This document shows, in pieces, positions 18,069 through 26,491 of a stretch of 31,267 bases of DNA. The stretch spans positions 1-31,267 of the forward strand of contig JAVJWO010000208.1 of the NCBI GenBank assembly GCA_040222015.1. The letters are read 5' to 3'. The stretch comes from Coleofasciculus chthonoplastes F2-STO-03. Its GTDB lineage: Bacteria > Cyanobacteriota > Cyanobacteriia > Cyanobacteriales > Coleofasciculaceae. Made by a program: the position numbers and the translations under genes. Within the stretch, counting starts at the first letter, position 1. Each line of letters starts with the position of its first letter. The notes beneath the pieces are model-generated. The model was not told the origin of the DNA and ran no database searches. It saw only the letters and a program-made list of their open reading frames with translations.

Positions 18069-19129
18069 GAAGAGGTTTTGCCTCAGATAATCAGGCTGGA
18101 GTCGATCCGGAAATGATGAAGGCTATATTAGCCGCTAATCAGGGACACGCTTATGCCTATGGCGAAGATGAATGGACACAGTTAGCGATAGAAGAATTCC
18201 ACAAGCATTTTGGGGCGGATTGTCAGGTATTTTTTACCTTCGGGGGTACGGGTGCCAATGTATTCGCTTTGGCTTGTTTGTGTCGCTCGTTTGAAGCGAT
18301 ATTATGTTCTCGTGATGCCCATTTATACCATAGTGAATGTGGGGCTGTGGAGAATTTCATTGGTAGTAAAGTCGTTCCGATTGAAACGGCGGATGGGCGT
18401 TTAGATATTCAATCTATCAACGGTTATTTGTCTTGGCAAGACGATGTACATGCTTCTATCCCGCGTGTGATATCTATAACTCAGTCTACGGAATTGGGAA
18501 CGGTGTATCGCCCCTATGAGATTTTAGCGTTAGTAGAATATGCCCATCAGCACGGTATGACTGTTCATATGGATGGTACACGTCTGGTTAATGCCGCCGC
18601 TTCACTGAATTGTTCCTTGGCGGCGCTGACGACGGAACTTGGTATCGACGCGGTATCTTTTGGCGGCACTAAAAATGGGTTTTTGATGGGAGAAGCGGTT
18701 ATATTTCCTCACTCTGACGCTGGGTTGTCTCGGAATTTTTCGGCTATCTGGAAACAAAGTATGCAGATGCCTTCAAAATCTAGATTTATCGCTGCCCAGT
18801 TTTTAGCCTTATTTAAAGATGACCACTGGTTACAAAATGCTAGCCATGAAAATAAAATGGCTCAGTATCTTGCTGAACAAGTATCTAATATTACTGAAGT
18901 GGACATAGTGTATCCTGTAGAGACTAATGCTGTTTTTGCTAGAATCCCATTGGATTGGATTGAACCACTGGTCAAGGTTTGTCATTTTCATGTTTGGGAT
19001 AGTTCGACTGGATTAGTCCGATGGATGACCAATTTCGATACTCAGCCTGAAGATATTGAGCTATTTGTCGGCAAGCTTTATTCTCTTTCTCGTGTCTCGG
19101 TAATTCCGGAAAAGTCCATAATATTATAA
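18056..19129 (+). CDS. PLP-dependent low-specificity L-threonine aldolase family protein
   Basis: FASDN, YGED, GGTGAN, ITQSTELGTVY, HMDGTR, SFGGTKNG (PLP lysine). Confidence 0.92.
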   Translation: MTNDRRGFASDNQAGVDPEMMKAILAANQGHAYAYGEDEWTQLAIEEFHKHFGADCQVFFTFGGTGANVFALACLCRSFEAILCSRDAHLYHSECGAVENFIGSKVVPIETADGRLDIQSINGYLSWQDDVHASIPRVISITQSTELGTVYRPYEILALVEYAHQHGMTVHMDGTRLVNAAASLNCSLAALTTELGIDAVSFGGTKNGFLMGEAVIFPHSDAGLSRNFSAIWKQSMQMPSKSRFIAAQFLALFKDDHWLQNASHENKMAQYLAEQVSNITEVDIVYPVETNAVFARIPLDWIEPLVKVCHFHVWDSSTGLVRWMTNFDTQPEDIELFVGKLYSLSRVSVIPEKSIIL

Positions 19130-19135
19130 CAGAGT

Positions 19136-19771
19136 ATGTCTGAAGAAAAAGTCAAAGATATTTCAGAAACAAGACCTTGGTTCTCGATAATTTTTGATAG
19201 CCAAAGCCCTGAGGAATTAAAAACTAAATACGATAGTTGGGCAAATACCTACGATGCAGATATAAGAGACGATTGGTCTTTTATGCCTGTTAATATAGCA
19301 CGGACATTAAGTAAGCTACTTCCGAATAAAGATGCCACAATTTTAGATGCTGGTGCGGGTACGGGGTTAGTGGGTGAAGCGTTGGCACAAGCAGGATATA
19401 CTAATCTAACTGCTGTAGATTTGTCAGAAAAAATGTTAGCGATCGCTGAAGACAAGCAAGTCTATCAAAGCTTGTATCAGTGTAATTTAGAAAATTCCCC
19501 TATTTTTAGCGAATCAGTAAGTTTCGATGCCATTATCGCCGCAGGGGTTTTTACCCATGCTCATGCAGGAGTTAGAGCTTTAAACAATCTATTTGGTCTT
19601 TTAAAGGAAGAAGGACTATTCTTTTTAACCATACGGGAAGACTATCGCAGTGAAATGCAGACAGCTTTAGATAAATTACCCTGGACATTAGTTAGTAAAG
19701 AGGATTTTCATATCTATGATGAAGTCAAGTTGATGTATCTTCTGGCTTTTAAAAAGGAGCGATCACAATGA
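19136..19771 (+). CDS. Class I SAM-dependent methyltransferase
   Basis: Motif I ILDAGAGTGLVG, VDLSEKML, FDAII; YD.WA.TYD N-terminal motif. Confidence 0.9.
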   Translation: MSEEKVKDISETRPWFSIIFDSQSPEELKTKYDSWANTYDADIRDDWSFMPVNIARTLSKLLPNKDATILDAGAGTGLVGEALAQAGYTNLTAVDLSEKMLAIAEDKQVYQSLYQCNLENSPIFSESVSFDAIIAAGVFTHAHAGVRALNNLFGLLKEEGLFFLTIREDYRSEMQTALDKLPWTLVSKEDFHIYDEVKLMYLLAFKKERSQ

Positions 19772-20550
19772 AGAATAAAAGTATTCACAAATCAACTATA
19801 TCTGAGCAACAAACCTTAAAATATAGAAGGTTTGTAAAAATATATGACCGAGAAGATAGATGTGATATTCCCAAATCTGCTTGGAGACCTCTGACAGACA
19901 ATGCCTATTTACAAACTTGGAAAGGGGTACTTCTGGAAAAAGATCCCATGCAAATTGCAGCTTATCCGATGCTGCTTTACGAGTTGCAACCAAAGACAAT
20001 TATTGAGTTGGGCGCTTTGAAGGGAGGAAGTGCAATTTGGTTAGCAGATCACTTAGAATTATTTGGTATTCAAGGTGAGGTTTACTGTGTTGATAACGAT
20101 CTTTCTCAGCTTGATGAAAAAGCTAAAACCGACTCTCGAATTCATTTTATAGAAGGTGATTGCCAAGAAATTAGTGCAGTTTTACCCACAGAATTACTGT
20201 CTAAATTACCTCATCCTTGGTTAGTGATAGAGGATATTCATGACAATCTAGTTGGTATCCTCGAACATTTTCATCACAATGGTTTGCAAACTGGTGATTA
20301 CTTGATTATTGAAGACACCAATAAATTTATGTGGGAAGTTTGGGATGATTGGGAAGATCAAGAATTAATTCAGCGAGGTTTGCGCAAAATGGATGACTTA
20401 AGAAGCTGGTTAATGAAGCATCAAGATGAGTATTTAATCGATACTTACTACCAGGATATGTATGGTTATAATGTTTCCAAGAATTGGAATTCTATATTAA
20501 AAAGAACTTCAAAGAATGAACAAAAAAATCTTATTAGAACAAGAATTTAA
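19768..20550 (+). CDS. CmcI (cephalosporin hydroxylase / O-methyltransferase-like) family protein
   Basis: WKGV.L.KDP, PKTIIELG..GGSAIWLAD, GDYLIIEDT; ATGA overlap with the methyltransferase. Confidence 0.85.
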   Translation: MKNKSIHKSTISEQQTLKYRRFVKIYDREDRCDIPKSAWRPLTDNAYLQTWKGVLLEKDPMQIAAYPMLLYELQPKTIIELGALKGGSAIWLADHLELFGIQGEVYCVDNDLSQLDEKAKTDSRIHFIEGDCQEISAVLPTELLSKLPHPWLVIEDIHDNLVGILEHFHHNGLQTGDYLIIEDTNKFMWEVWDDWEDQELIQRGLRKMDDLRSWLMKHQDEYLIDTYYQDMYGYNVSKNWNSILKRTSKNEQKNLIRTRI

Positions 20551-21100
20551 AAAAACAGGGGCAAAATTTTTTTTAGCCTCTATGGATGATGTTCATATAA
20601 AGCACTTGATACAATTAGCTCAAGTTCCAAACTTAATAGAGTTAATGGATTGGGGCGGGTTGTTTAAAATTGATGAGACAGAAAAATTTATTCAAGCTAT
20701 TTCATTATACGGTTGTCCCTATTCTCGAAAAAGTGAAATATTATTATTGGGAATTTACTTAGAACCAGAAGAATTACCTATTGGATATGTCATACTCAAA
20801 GGATTAAATATGGATTTATTAACTGCTGAAGTTGGGATAGCAATTCTAGACAAAAAATATAGAGATAAAGGATATGGAAGGTTAGCATTAAACAGAATGA
20901 TTATTTATGCCTTTAATAAGCTAAAGATTAAAACCATTGGAGCAACAATTATTAGCTCAAATAAACAATCAATTAATATGTGTAAAAATCTAGGATTTTT
21001 TGTGAGAGAGATTATGCCTAAATCATGGTCTATGGCTAATGGAGAATTAGTAGATATGCTATGGCTCGAATTAACACCAGTTAAACATAAACGCCTCTAA
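20516..21100 (+). CDS. GNAT N-acetyltransferase (RimJ/RimL-like)
   Basis: AEVGIAI..KYRDKGYG acetyl-CoA motif, N..SI.M.KNLGF; overlaps the CmcI gene by 35 nt. Confidence 0.85.
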   Translation: MNKKILLEQEFKKTGAKFFLASMDDVHIKHLIQLAQVPNLIELMDWGGLFKIDETEKFIQAISLYGCPYSRKSEILLLGIYLEPEELPIGYVILKGLNMDLLTAEVGIAILDKKYRDKGYGRLALNRMIIYAFNKLKIKTIGATIISSNKQSINMCKNLGFFVREIMPKSWSMANGELVDMLWLELTPVKHKRL

Positions 21101-21148
21101 TTTTTTTGAGAATTAATAGTATTTATTTAGTTAAATTAAACTCTGAAT

Positions 21149-22345
21149 ATGACTAGAAAAAATTCCAATCTCTGTAAATTATGTGATTCTTATGCTTGGT
21201 TCACGTTTCAAAATAGGCTAGGGAAGAAAATTGAAGAACATCAATTATCAAATCCACAACAAGAACTGTACATGATGACATGGGGTAACACGACTCAACC
21301 TTTACCATCAAAAGTTGTTGAAGCTTTAGTTGATGCTGCTACTAAGCTAGGGAATAAGTCAACTTATACTGGATATGGGGAATATCAAGGAAATATTAAA
21401 CTAAGAGAAGCTATCTGCAACAATTACTATAAAAAGCGTGGAATTGACCTAAAACCAGCAGAAATTTTCGTCAGTGACGGTTCTCAACCTGCGACTTTTA
21501 GTGTTCAACAACTCTTTAGCTTAGATAATGTCATTGGATTACAATCACCAATGTTTTTTCCCTTTTCAGATGAAAATATTTTAGCAGGTAGAAAGAAAAT
21601 TATCTATCTAGAGTGTAACGAGAACAATAATTTTATTCCCGAGCTTCCTACATCAAAAGTTGATATAATTTACCTATGTTTTCCTAACAATCCAACAGGT
21701 GCGGTTGCTACAAAAGAGCAACTAAAAGTCTTTGTTGATTATGCAATAAATCATAATTCAATTATTATTTTTGATGCTGTTTACAGTGTTTTTATCACAG
21801 ATACTAACATTCCCAGAACTATTTACGAAGTAGAAAACGCAACAAAATGTGCTATTGAAATTGGTAGCTTTTCCAAAATGGCTGGATTTACTGGATTAAG
21901 ATTAGGTTGGTCTGTCGTTCCGTTTGATCTAACTGTTGAACACACCGTAGCAGGAGAGTTGACGGAAATGTTTAGAGTTCTTGAACATACAAGGTTTTTG
22001 GGTGCTTCTAATTTAGTACAAAAAGGAGGGATTGTCGCTTTATCACCACAGTGCCAACAAGAGTATCAAAAAATTATCAACTATTATCTGGAAAATGCTA
22101 AAATTCTCAACAAAGGTTTAGAGACTTTTGGACTTAAGTGTTTTGGTGGGAAGAATAATCCTTATATATGGGCTAAAGGAGCGGAAGGGATGAGTTCTTG
22201 GGAAGTTTTTGACCAACTCTTTTCCAAAGCTGGTATTGTTAGCGTACCTGGTAGCGTATTTGGTTCAAGTGGTGAGGGTTTCTTACGTCTAAGCACTTTT
22301 GTTAATCGAGAAGACATAGAAAAGGCAGTAGAAAAACTTTTATAA
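21149..22345 (+). CDS. PLP class I/II aminotransferase, LL-diaminopimelate aminotransferase (DapL)-like paralog
   Basis: YTGYG..QG...LREAI, IFVSDG, YLCFPNNPTG, IFDAVY, SFSKMAGFTGLRLGW, GEGFLRLS. Several family positions deviate (SDGSQP, FFPFSD), which suggests a different substrate. Confidence 0.85.
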   Translation: MTRKNSNLCKLCDSYAWFTFQNRLGKKIEEHQLSNPQQELYMMTWGNTTQPLPSKVVEALVDAATKLGNKSTYTGYGEYQGNIKLREAICNNYYKKRGIDLKPAEIFVSDGSQPATFSVQQLFSLDNVIGLQSPMFFPFSDENILAGRKKIIYLECNENNNFIPELPTSKVDIIYLCFPNNPTGAVATKEQLKVFVDYAINHNSIIIFDAVYSVFITDTNIPRTIYEVENATKCAIEIGSFSKMAGFTGLRLGWSVVPFDLTVEHTVAGELTEMFRVLEHTRFLGASNLVQKGGIVALSPQCQQEYQKIINYYLENAKILNKGLETFGLKCFGGKNNPYIWAKGAEGMSSWEVFDQLFSKAGIVSVPGSVFGSSGEGFLRLSTFVNREDIEKAVEKLL

Positions 22346-22458
22346 AGTATGAACAATAAATCTATTTGGCTGTAGGACTTCATCCTGTCTAAGGCAAAAC
22401 TATACTAAGATAGGGGATATCCAACTTAGCTCAAGTCGTTATCGGAGATTCCTTGTAT

Positions 22459-23256
22459 ATGGCAAAAAATAAGCATATTGCAATGTGGAGTTGTTCTAGA
22501 AGTCGTTCTACTGCTATAGCTCATGCATTCGAGCAACTGGAAGAATGCTTACTGCTGGATTCGCCTTTGTACGGACCTTATGCTTTCCACCAAGGTACTA
22601 GCTTAGATGCCCTATACAGGCAGGAAATAATAGAGCGTTTTGAAACAGACCACACAAAAGTAATTGAAACGATGATTGGTGGTTTACCTGAAGGTATATC
22701 TTTCTCATTCCAGAGGCATATTGCTAGGACTGCATTGCCTCAATTTGGAAGAAATTATCTACAATCTCTCAACAATTTTTTTTTGATAAGGCATCCTAAA
22801 GAAATTATCTTGTCTTGGCGACAGGTTCAAAAGAGGTTTGGGAAAGTAGAGAAAATTACTAGTCAGGATATTGGTATAGATCTACTTTACGATATCTTTA
22901 GAGATGTTGAAAATATTACTAATAAAACTCCCTTAGTGATTGAATCCAGCGACATAGTTAAAAATCCAAGACAGGTTTTGAAGTTTTTGTGTAATCAATT
23001 TGAGATCATTTTTTCCGAAAAAATGTTAAATTGGGATCGAGGATTGAGCAAATCCAAATTATTGCCAGATCACTTGCTTTCGGCATCAAAATATTGGTCA
23101 AAAACTTGGTACTCAACTCTTGTTGAATCCACAGGGTTTATTCCCTATAAAGAAAGAGAGATGGAATTAGATGAAGAATTAGTTCCCCTCTTGGAATTTT
23201 GTCTTCCTTTTTATGAAAAACTACTTGAACATCGTGTTACTTTTGAGATGTTATAA
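22459..23256 (+). CDS. Sulfotransferase-like (P-loop fold) protein
   Basis: IAMWSCSRSRSTA N-terminal loop, FFLIRHPKEIILS, P.VIES.D...NP, F.EKML.W, WY......STGF. ATG at 22459 preferred over TTG 22453. Confidence 0.75.
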   Translation: MAKNKHIAMWSCSRSRSTAIAHAFEQLEECLLLDSPLYGPYAFHQGTSLDALYRQEIIERFETDHTKVIETMIGGLPEGISFSFQRHIARTALPQFGRNYLQSLNNFFLIRHPKEIILSWRQVQKRFGKVEKITSQDIGIDLLYDIFRDVENITNKTPLVIESSDIVKNPRQVLKFLCNQFEIIFSEKMLNWDRGLSKSKLLPDHLLSASKYWSKTWYSTLVESTGFIPYKEREMELDEELVPLLEFCLPFYEKLLEHRVTFEML

Positions 23257-23282
23257 TGAATAAGCTGGGTTCTCAAGCAAAC

Positions 23283-23513
23283 TTAGATATTCAGAGGCAA
23301 AAAAGACGCAAGGTTTCTGGTGAGGATAGGATTCACCCAACACTCCTTGATATCGCTCATGTTCTCCAGGGGCAAAACAAGCATAAGCACCTGAACCCAG
23401 CTTATCCTCTTCCTCCCAAATACAAAGCCAGGTTGAAAATCTCCTGTGCAGATAAGTTGAACTGGGGAAAAGTTGGGGAAACAATAGGAGTATTTCCCGT
23501 AAAGGGCGTCATC
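23283..23513 (-). pseudogene. Chimeric remnant: Uma2 3' fragment fused to amine-oxidase 3' fragment
   Basis: About 23283-23422 aligns with 24667-24806 of the amine oxidase; about 23423-23513 aligns with the Uma2 3' end (about 26495-26585). Confidence 0.85.
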
Positions 23514-23520
23514 GCTTTAC

Positions 23521-23704
23521 CTCGTGAGACCCCAACCTCAGCGAAGCAGGTTGGGGAGGGATAGAGGTCAAACCGAACCACTCAATGTGGTGAGGTTTGA
23601 CAATCCAGGTGAAGGCACGACATTTCGACTTACCTCGACGGTCAGTGAGCTTGTCGAACTGTGGTCAGTGAGCTTGTCGAACTGTATGAGCGAAGTCGAA
23701 ATGT
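23521..23704 (+). mobile_element. Possible IS200/IS605 left-end remnant carrying nested small repeats
   Basis: Follows TTAC (23517-23520). Hairpins CCCCAACCT..AGGTTGGGG and GTCAAACC..GGTTTGAC; 23-nt tandem duplication (23640-23662, 23663-23685) inside inverted repeat ACATTTCGACTT/AAGTCGAAATGT. Confidence 0.5.
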
Positions 23705-23884
23705 AGTCCCTTCCCGCATCTAAACTAAGATGTCCTAACCAAATAGCGACTTGACAAAAAGTCTTAGAGATAATCCGAACTAGGGAAGTATTCGGAAGTC
23801 TGTACCAAGTTTAGACTCAGTGCGGATATTCAACTCTTGCGTTGCTAGATTTGTCTCTAACAATCCCTAACAGAGAAGCGATAG

Positions 23885-24535
23885 CTAGGTTAGGGTTGTT
23901 GAATTAGGGTGACTGTAGAATAATTGACCAATACCTTTAAGGGCAGCTAAAACTTGCTCCAGTTCATTTGCCCTGTCAATAGATAAGGCGTAGGAACGAC
24001 CATAGATGGGAACATCTGCTTGTTGGAGTTTAACAAAGACAAACTCTCTCCCATTGACTAGAAAACCAAACCTTGGTTTGTCACTTTTGAGATCATACAG
24101 CATATAAGCTAGAGCTTGAGGCAGTGCTGCCATCACATCAAACTTAGTACTTTTGGATTCGATCACCAGTATCCAAAGTCTCTGTTGCACTACTAAAACA
24201 TCTATCCTGCCTCTTACAATTACTCGATTGTCTTCAGCAGCAATTTCCACAGAAGTTTCAGTTCTGATCGAAAAGGGGGCTTGAAAGAATCCAGCGAAAT
24301 CCAGTAAAGGTGATAGAACCACCATTTTGACACCCTCTTCTAAAAGAGGACGGCGATTAACCAAGTTAAAGTAGTTGCTGCGGACTCTTTCCAGAGAACG
24401 TTTTTCCTCATCCGTTAAAGACGGTAAGTTGTCTTGCCATTCTCGAAAAAATTGACTATCGGTTGTTCGTTGTAGTCCAAAGTTTTCTTGCAGTTCTTCT
24501 AGGCTAATATCTTGAGCTTGAATAGTTTGAAGCAT
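23885..24535 (-). CDS. PD-(D/E)xK nuclease-fold protein (type I restriction R-subunit N-terminal-like)
   Basis: LEEGVKMVVLSPLL, GRIDVLV...VIESK, ALPQALAYM, FGFLVNGREFVF; no neighbouring hsdM/hsdS. Confidence 0.75.
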   Translation of the reverse strand: MLQTIQAQDISLEELQENFGLQRTTDSQFFREWQDNLPSLTDEEKRSLERVRSNYFNLVNRRPLLEEGVKMVVLSPLLDFAGFFQAPFSIRTETSVEIAAEDNRVIVRGRIDVLVVQQRLWILVIESKSTKFDVMAALPQALAYMLYDLKSDKPRFGFLVNGREFVFVKLQQADVPIYGRSYALSIDRANELEQVLAALKGIGQLFYSHPNSTTLT

Positions 24536-24590
24536 AATGGGTTTGATTAATAAATATCTGGCATATTTTCGATCTTAATGCTTATTTGAG

Positions 24591-26123
24591 TCAGCTATTT
24601 TCCAGAACATCAATTGTTGCCGCAAGTGCTGTCTGAATTGCCCCTTGCACAGAAGCATGATTAATACCCAGATGTTCCCCGGCAAAAAAGACGCGAGGTT
24701 GCTGTTGAGGATGGGATTCACCCAACCATCCTTGATATCGCTCATGTTCTCCTGGGGCAAAAAAGGCATAAGAGCCAGAACCCAGTTTAGCCTCTTCATC
24801 CCAAATATAGTGAATTATATCATCAACGTATGGCTCAATCTGAGGATGGAGTTGCTTAACCTCGCGCAATGTCAATTCAGTGCGATCGCGTGCTTCAAGA
24901 GTGCGGAATTTGCGTGAATTCCCTTCCCAACGATAAGCCGCCGTAAATGCAGTCGGTTGATCGGAAAGTTCGCGATCGCGGGCTATCCAGTGAGGATTGT
25001 CTGATTGTTGATCGGCTAAGATGGCATTATCATCAGGATACCAACATTTTTCGATATTTAAGTCAGTAAAACTTCCGCCACCATAAATCCCATCCTCAAA
25101 CTCCCAAGGACGAGCGGTACAGTGAAATAAGGTTTTCGCGGCGCTACAATACCCCAGACTGTTAATCGCTTCCCTTTGTTTAGCAGGTAAAGGCGGATCA
25201 AAATCAATTTGTGCCAAAGCCGTAGCCGGAACCGTACAGATGACACAATCAAACTCGGCGCTTTGTTTACCCTGTAAACTACTCCAGTGGAGTTTAACGC
25301 CAGAATCCGTTAGCTCTATGGCTGTCACCTGAGCTTGAGTCTGAATGTCCCCTGATATTCTTGCCACAAACGCTTTCACCAGGGTTTCCATCCCGCCGAC
25401 TAACTTATACTGTTCTACTCGATGCCAAGCAAAAAAGTCAATTAACCCATTCAAAAGAGAAACTTGATCATAATGGATCATCCCTGTCCCATGACCGACG
25501 AATTCAAAAGCATCAGGAGATAGGCGATCGCGAAAATATTGGGTTAACGAGAGGCTGTCGTATTCTCTGAGTCGGGAGCTGGTGAAGCTAGGGGAAAACA
25601 TCTCCCATTTCTCCTGATCAGACAAAGACTCGATTAACTCCTCTAAAATAGTTTCGTAAATTACCGCCGGATCTTGCTGCTCTTCCGGGGTTAACTTATA
25701 ATTATATAATAGGGGTTGATAATTGTCAAGGCGAGTCTTTTTGCCCCGTAAATAATAATAGGCGGCGGGATTGTAACTAACGAATTGTCTTCTGTCTAAA
25801 TTAAACTTATCCATATAATGGAGGGTGCAACCATGACTAGCCGGAACCCTCATGGCTCCCAATTCTGCATGGCTACCATCATGGAAATAGTGAGTATAAA
25901 TACGACCCCCTAAACGCCCAGAACTTTCCAACAGAGTAACCTGGTGCTGCAATTGACTCAATTCATAAGCACAAGTAAGTCCAGCAATTCCCCCACCGAT
26001 AATACCAATTCTGTGGCGAATTCCTTGGGAATCATAGCTAGCCAGAGAACCCGGATGAGAGTAGAGAAGATCGAAGGAAAAAGGTTGATTTAACTGTTGT
26101 TGATGACGATAAGGATTAAACAT
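24591..26123 (-). CDS. Flavin-dependent amine / L-amino-acid oxidase family protein
   Basis: IGIIGGGIAGL dinucleotide fold, LESSGRLGGR, ELGAMRVP, FFAGEH...ASVQGA. ATG at 26123 preferred because the upstream in-frame extension to 26318 is repeat/promoter DNA. Confidence 0.9.
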   Translation of the reverse strand: MFNPYRHQQQLNQPFSFDLLYSHPGSLASYDSQGIRHRIGIIGGGIAGLTCAYELSQLQHQVTLLESSGRLGGRIYTHYFHDGSHAELGAMRVPASHGCTLHYMDKFNLDRRQFVSYNPAAYYYLRGKKTRLDNYQPLLYNYKLTPEEQQDPAVIYETILEELIESLSDQEKWEMFSPSFTSSRLREYDSLSLTQYFRDRLSPDAFEFVGHGTGMIHYDQVSLLNGLIDFFAWHRVEQYKLVGGMETLVKAFVARISGDIQTQAQVTAIELTDSGVKLHWSSLQGKQSAEFDCVICTVPATALAQIDFDPPLPAKQREAINSLGYCSAAKTLFHCTARPWEFEDGIYGGGSFTDLNIEKCWYPDDNAILADQQSDNPHWIARDRELSDQPTAFTAAYRWEGNSRKFRTLEARDRTELTLREVKQLHPQIEPYVDDIIHYIWDEEAKLGSGSYAFFAPGEHERYQGWLGESHPQQQPRVFFAGEHLGINHASVQGAIQTALAATIDVLENS

Positions 26124-26165
26124 TGATTCAGATACAATTTTCCCACAGCAAAATTCACCCGTACC

Positions 26166-26223
26166 GTAGGGGCACCATCCTTGCGCCCTGCCTGGCTTGC
26201 GCCCTGCCTGGCTTGCGCCCCCT
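26166..26223. repeat. REP-like GTAGGGGC...GCCCCT element with internal 16-nt tandem duplication
   Basis: CTTGCGCCCTGCCTGG repeated twice plus a partial third copy. Confidence 0.7.
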
Positions 26224-26253
26224 AAAACTTGGTACGCCAGTTCAACTCGGTTA

Positions 26254-26317
26254 AATCTAGACAACCGGGCTACCTTGAAGATAATCGGCGTGCGATCGCG
26301 TTTGCTATTATACACCA
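26254..26317 (-). promoter_or_regulatory. Repeated promoter/leader cassette, copy 1 (upstream of amine oxidase)
   Basis: Minus strand GGTGTATAATagcaaacGCGATCGCacgccgattatcttc with a consensus TATAAT; near-identical to 27124-27174 and 28746-28817. Confidence 0.65.
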
Positions 26318-26476
26318 TAGGACTTACGCTTTCTTGACGGCACAGGCGCTACCTGTAAGGGCACGGCAGTGCCGTGCCCCTACCAAGATTGTGGGTGATG
26401 GGCGCATGCGGTGCAGGGCAAAAGCTGGCAAAGGGCGCACAACCTGCGCCCCTACATTCTACCAACGTAAGTCCTA
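26318..26476. mobile_element. MITE-like element with 11-bp terminal inverted repeats and internal REP hairpins
   Basis: TAGGACTTACG (26318-26328) and CGTAAGTCCTA (26466-26476), with TA at both ends; internal hairpin GGGCACGGCAGTGCCGTGCCC. Confidence 0.75.
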
Positions 26477-26491
26477 ATAATTGTCGTTTCC

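Noticed and set aside
21149..22345. Housekeeping dapL linked to lysC as a lysine operon
   Set aside because: It is AT-rich, diverges at family motifs, is embedded among tailoring genes and lies about 10 kb from lysC.
14545..23256. Calling the operon guanitoxin, saxitoxin or carnitine biosynthesis outright
   Set aside because: No recognisable GntC cyclase, GntI kinase, SxtA/SxtG or aldehyde dehydrogenase is present; only the enzyme logic is similar.
23256..23706. Plus-strand ORFs 23256-23564 and 23524-23706 as further operon genes
   Set aside because: They are antisense readings of pseudogene fragments and repeat DNA.
23770..23870. Minus-strand peptide LNIRTESKLGTDFRILP as a histidine-kinase C-terminal relic
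   Set aside because: Too short and weak to support without a search.
23885..24535. Type I restriction-modification system
   Set aside because: Only a stand-alone nuclease-fold domain is present, with no helicase, hsdM or hsdS.
26124..26318. N-terminal extension of the amine oxidase ORF (likewise 27122-27403 for Uma2)
   Set aside because: These stretches translate REP, heptamer and promoter repeats; downstream ATGs fit the family starts better.
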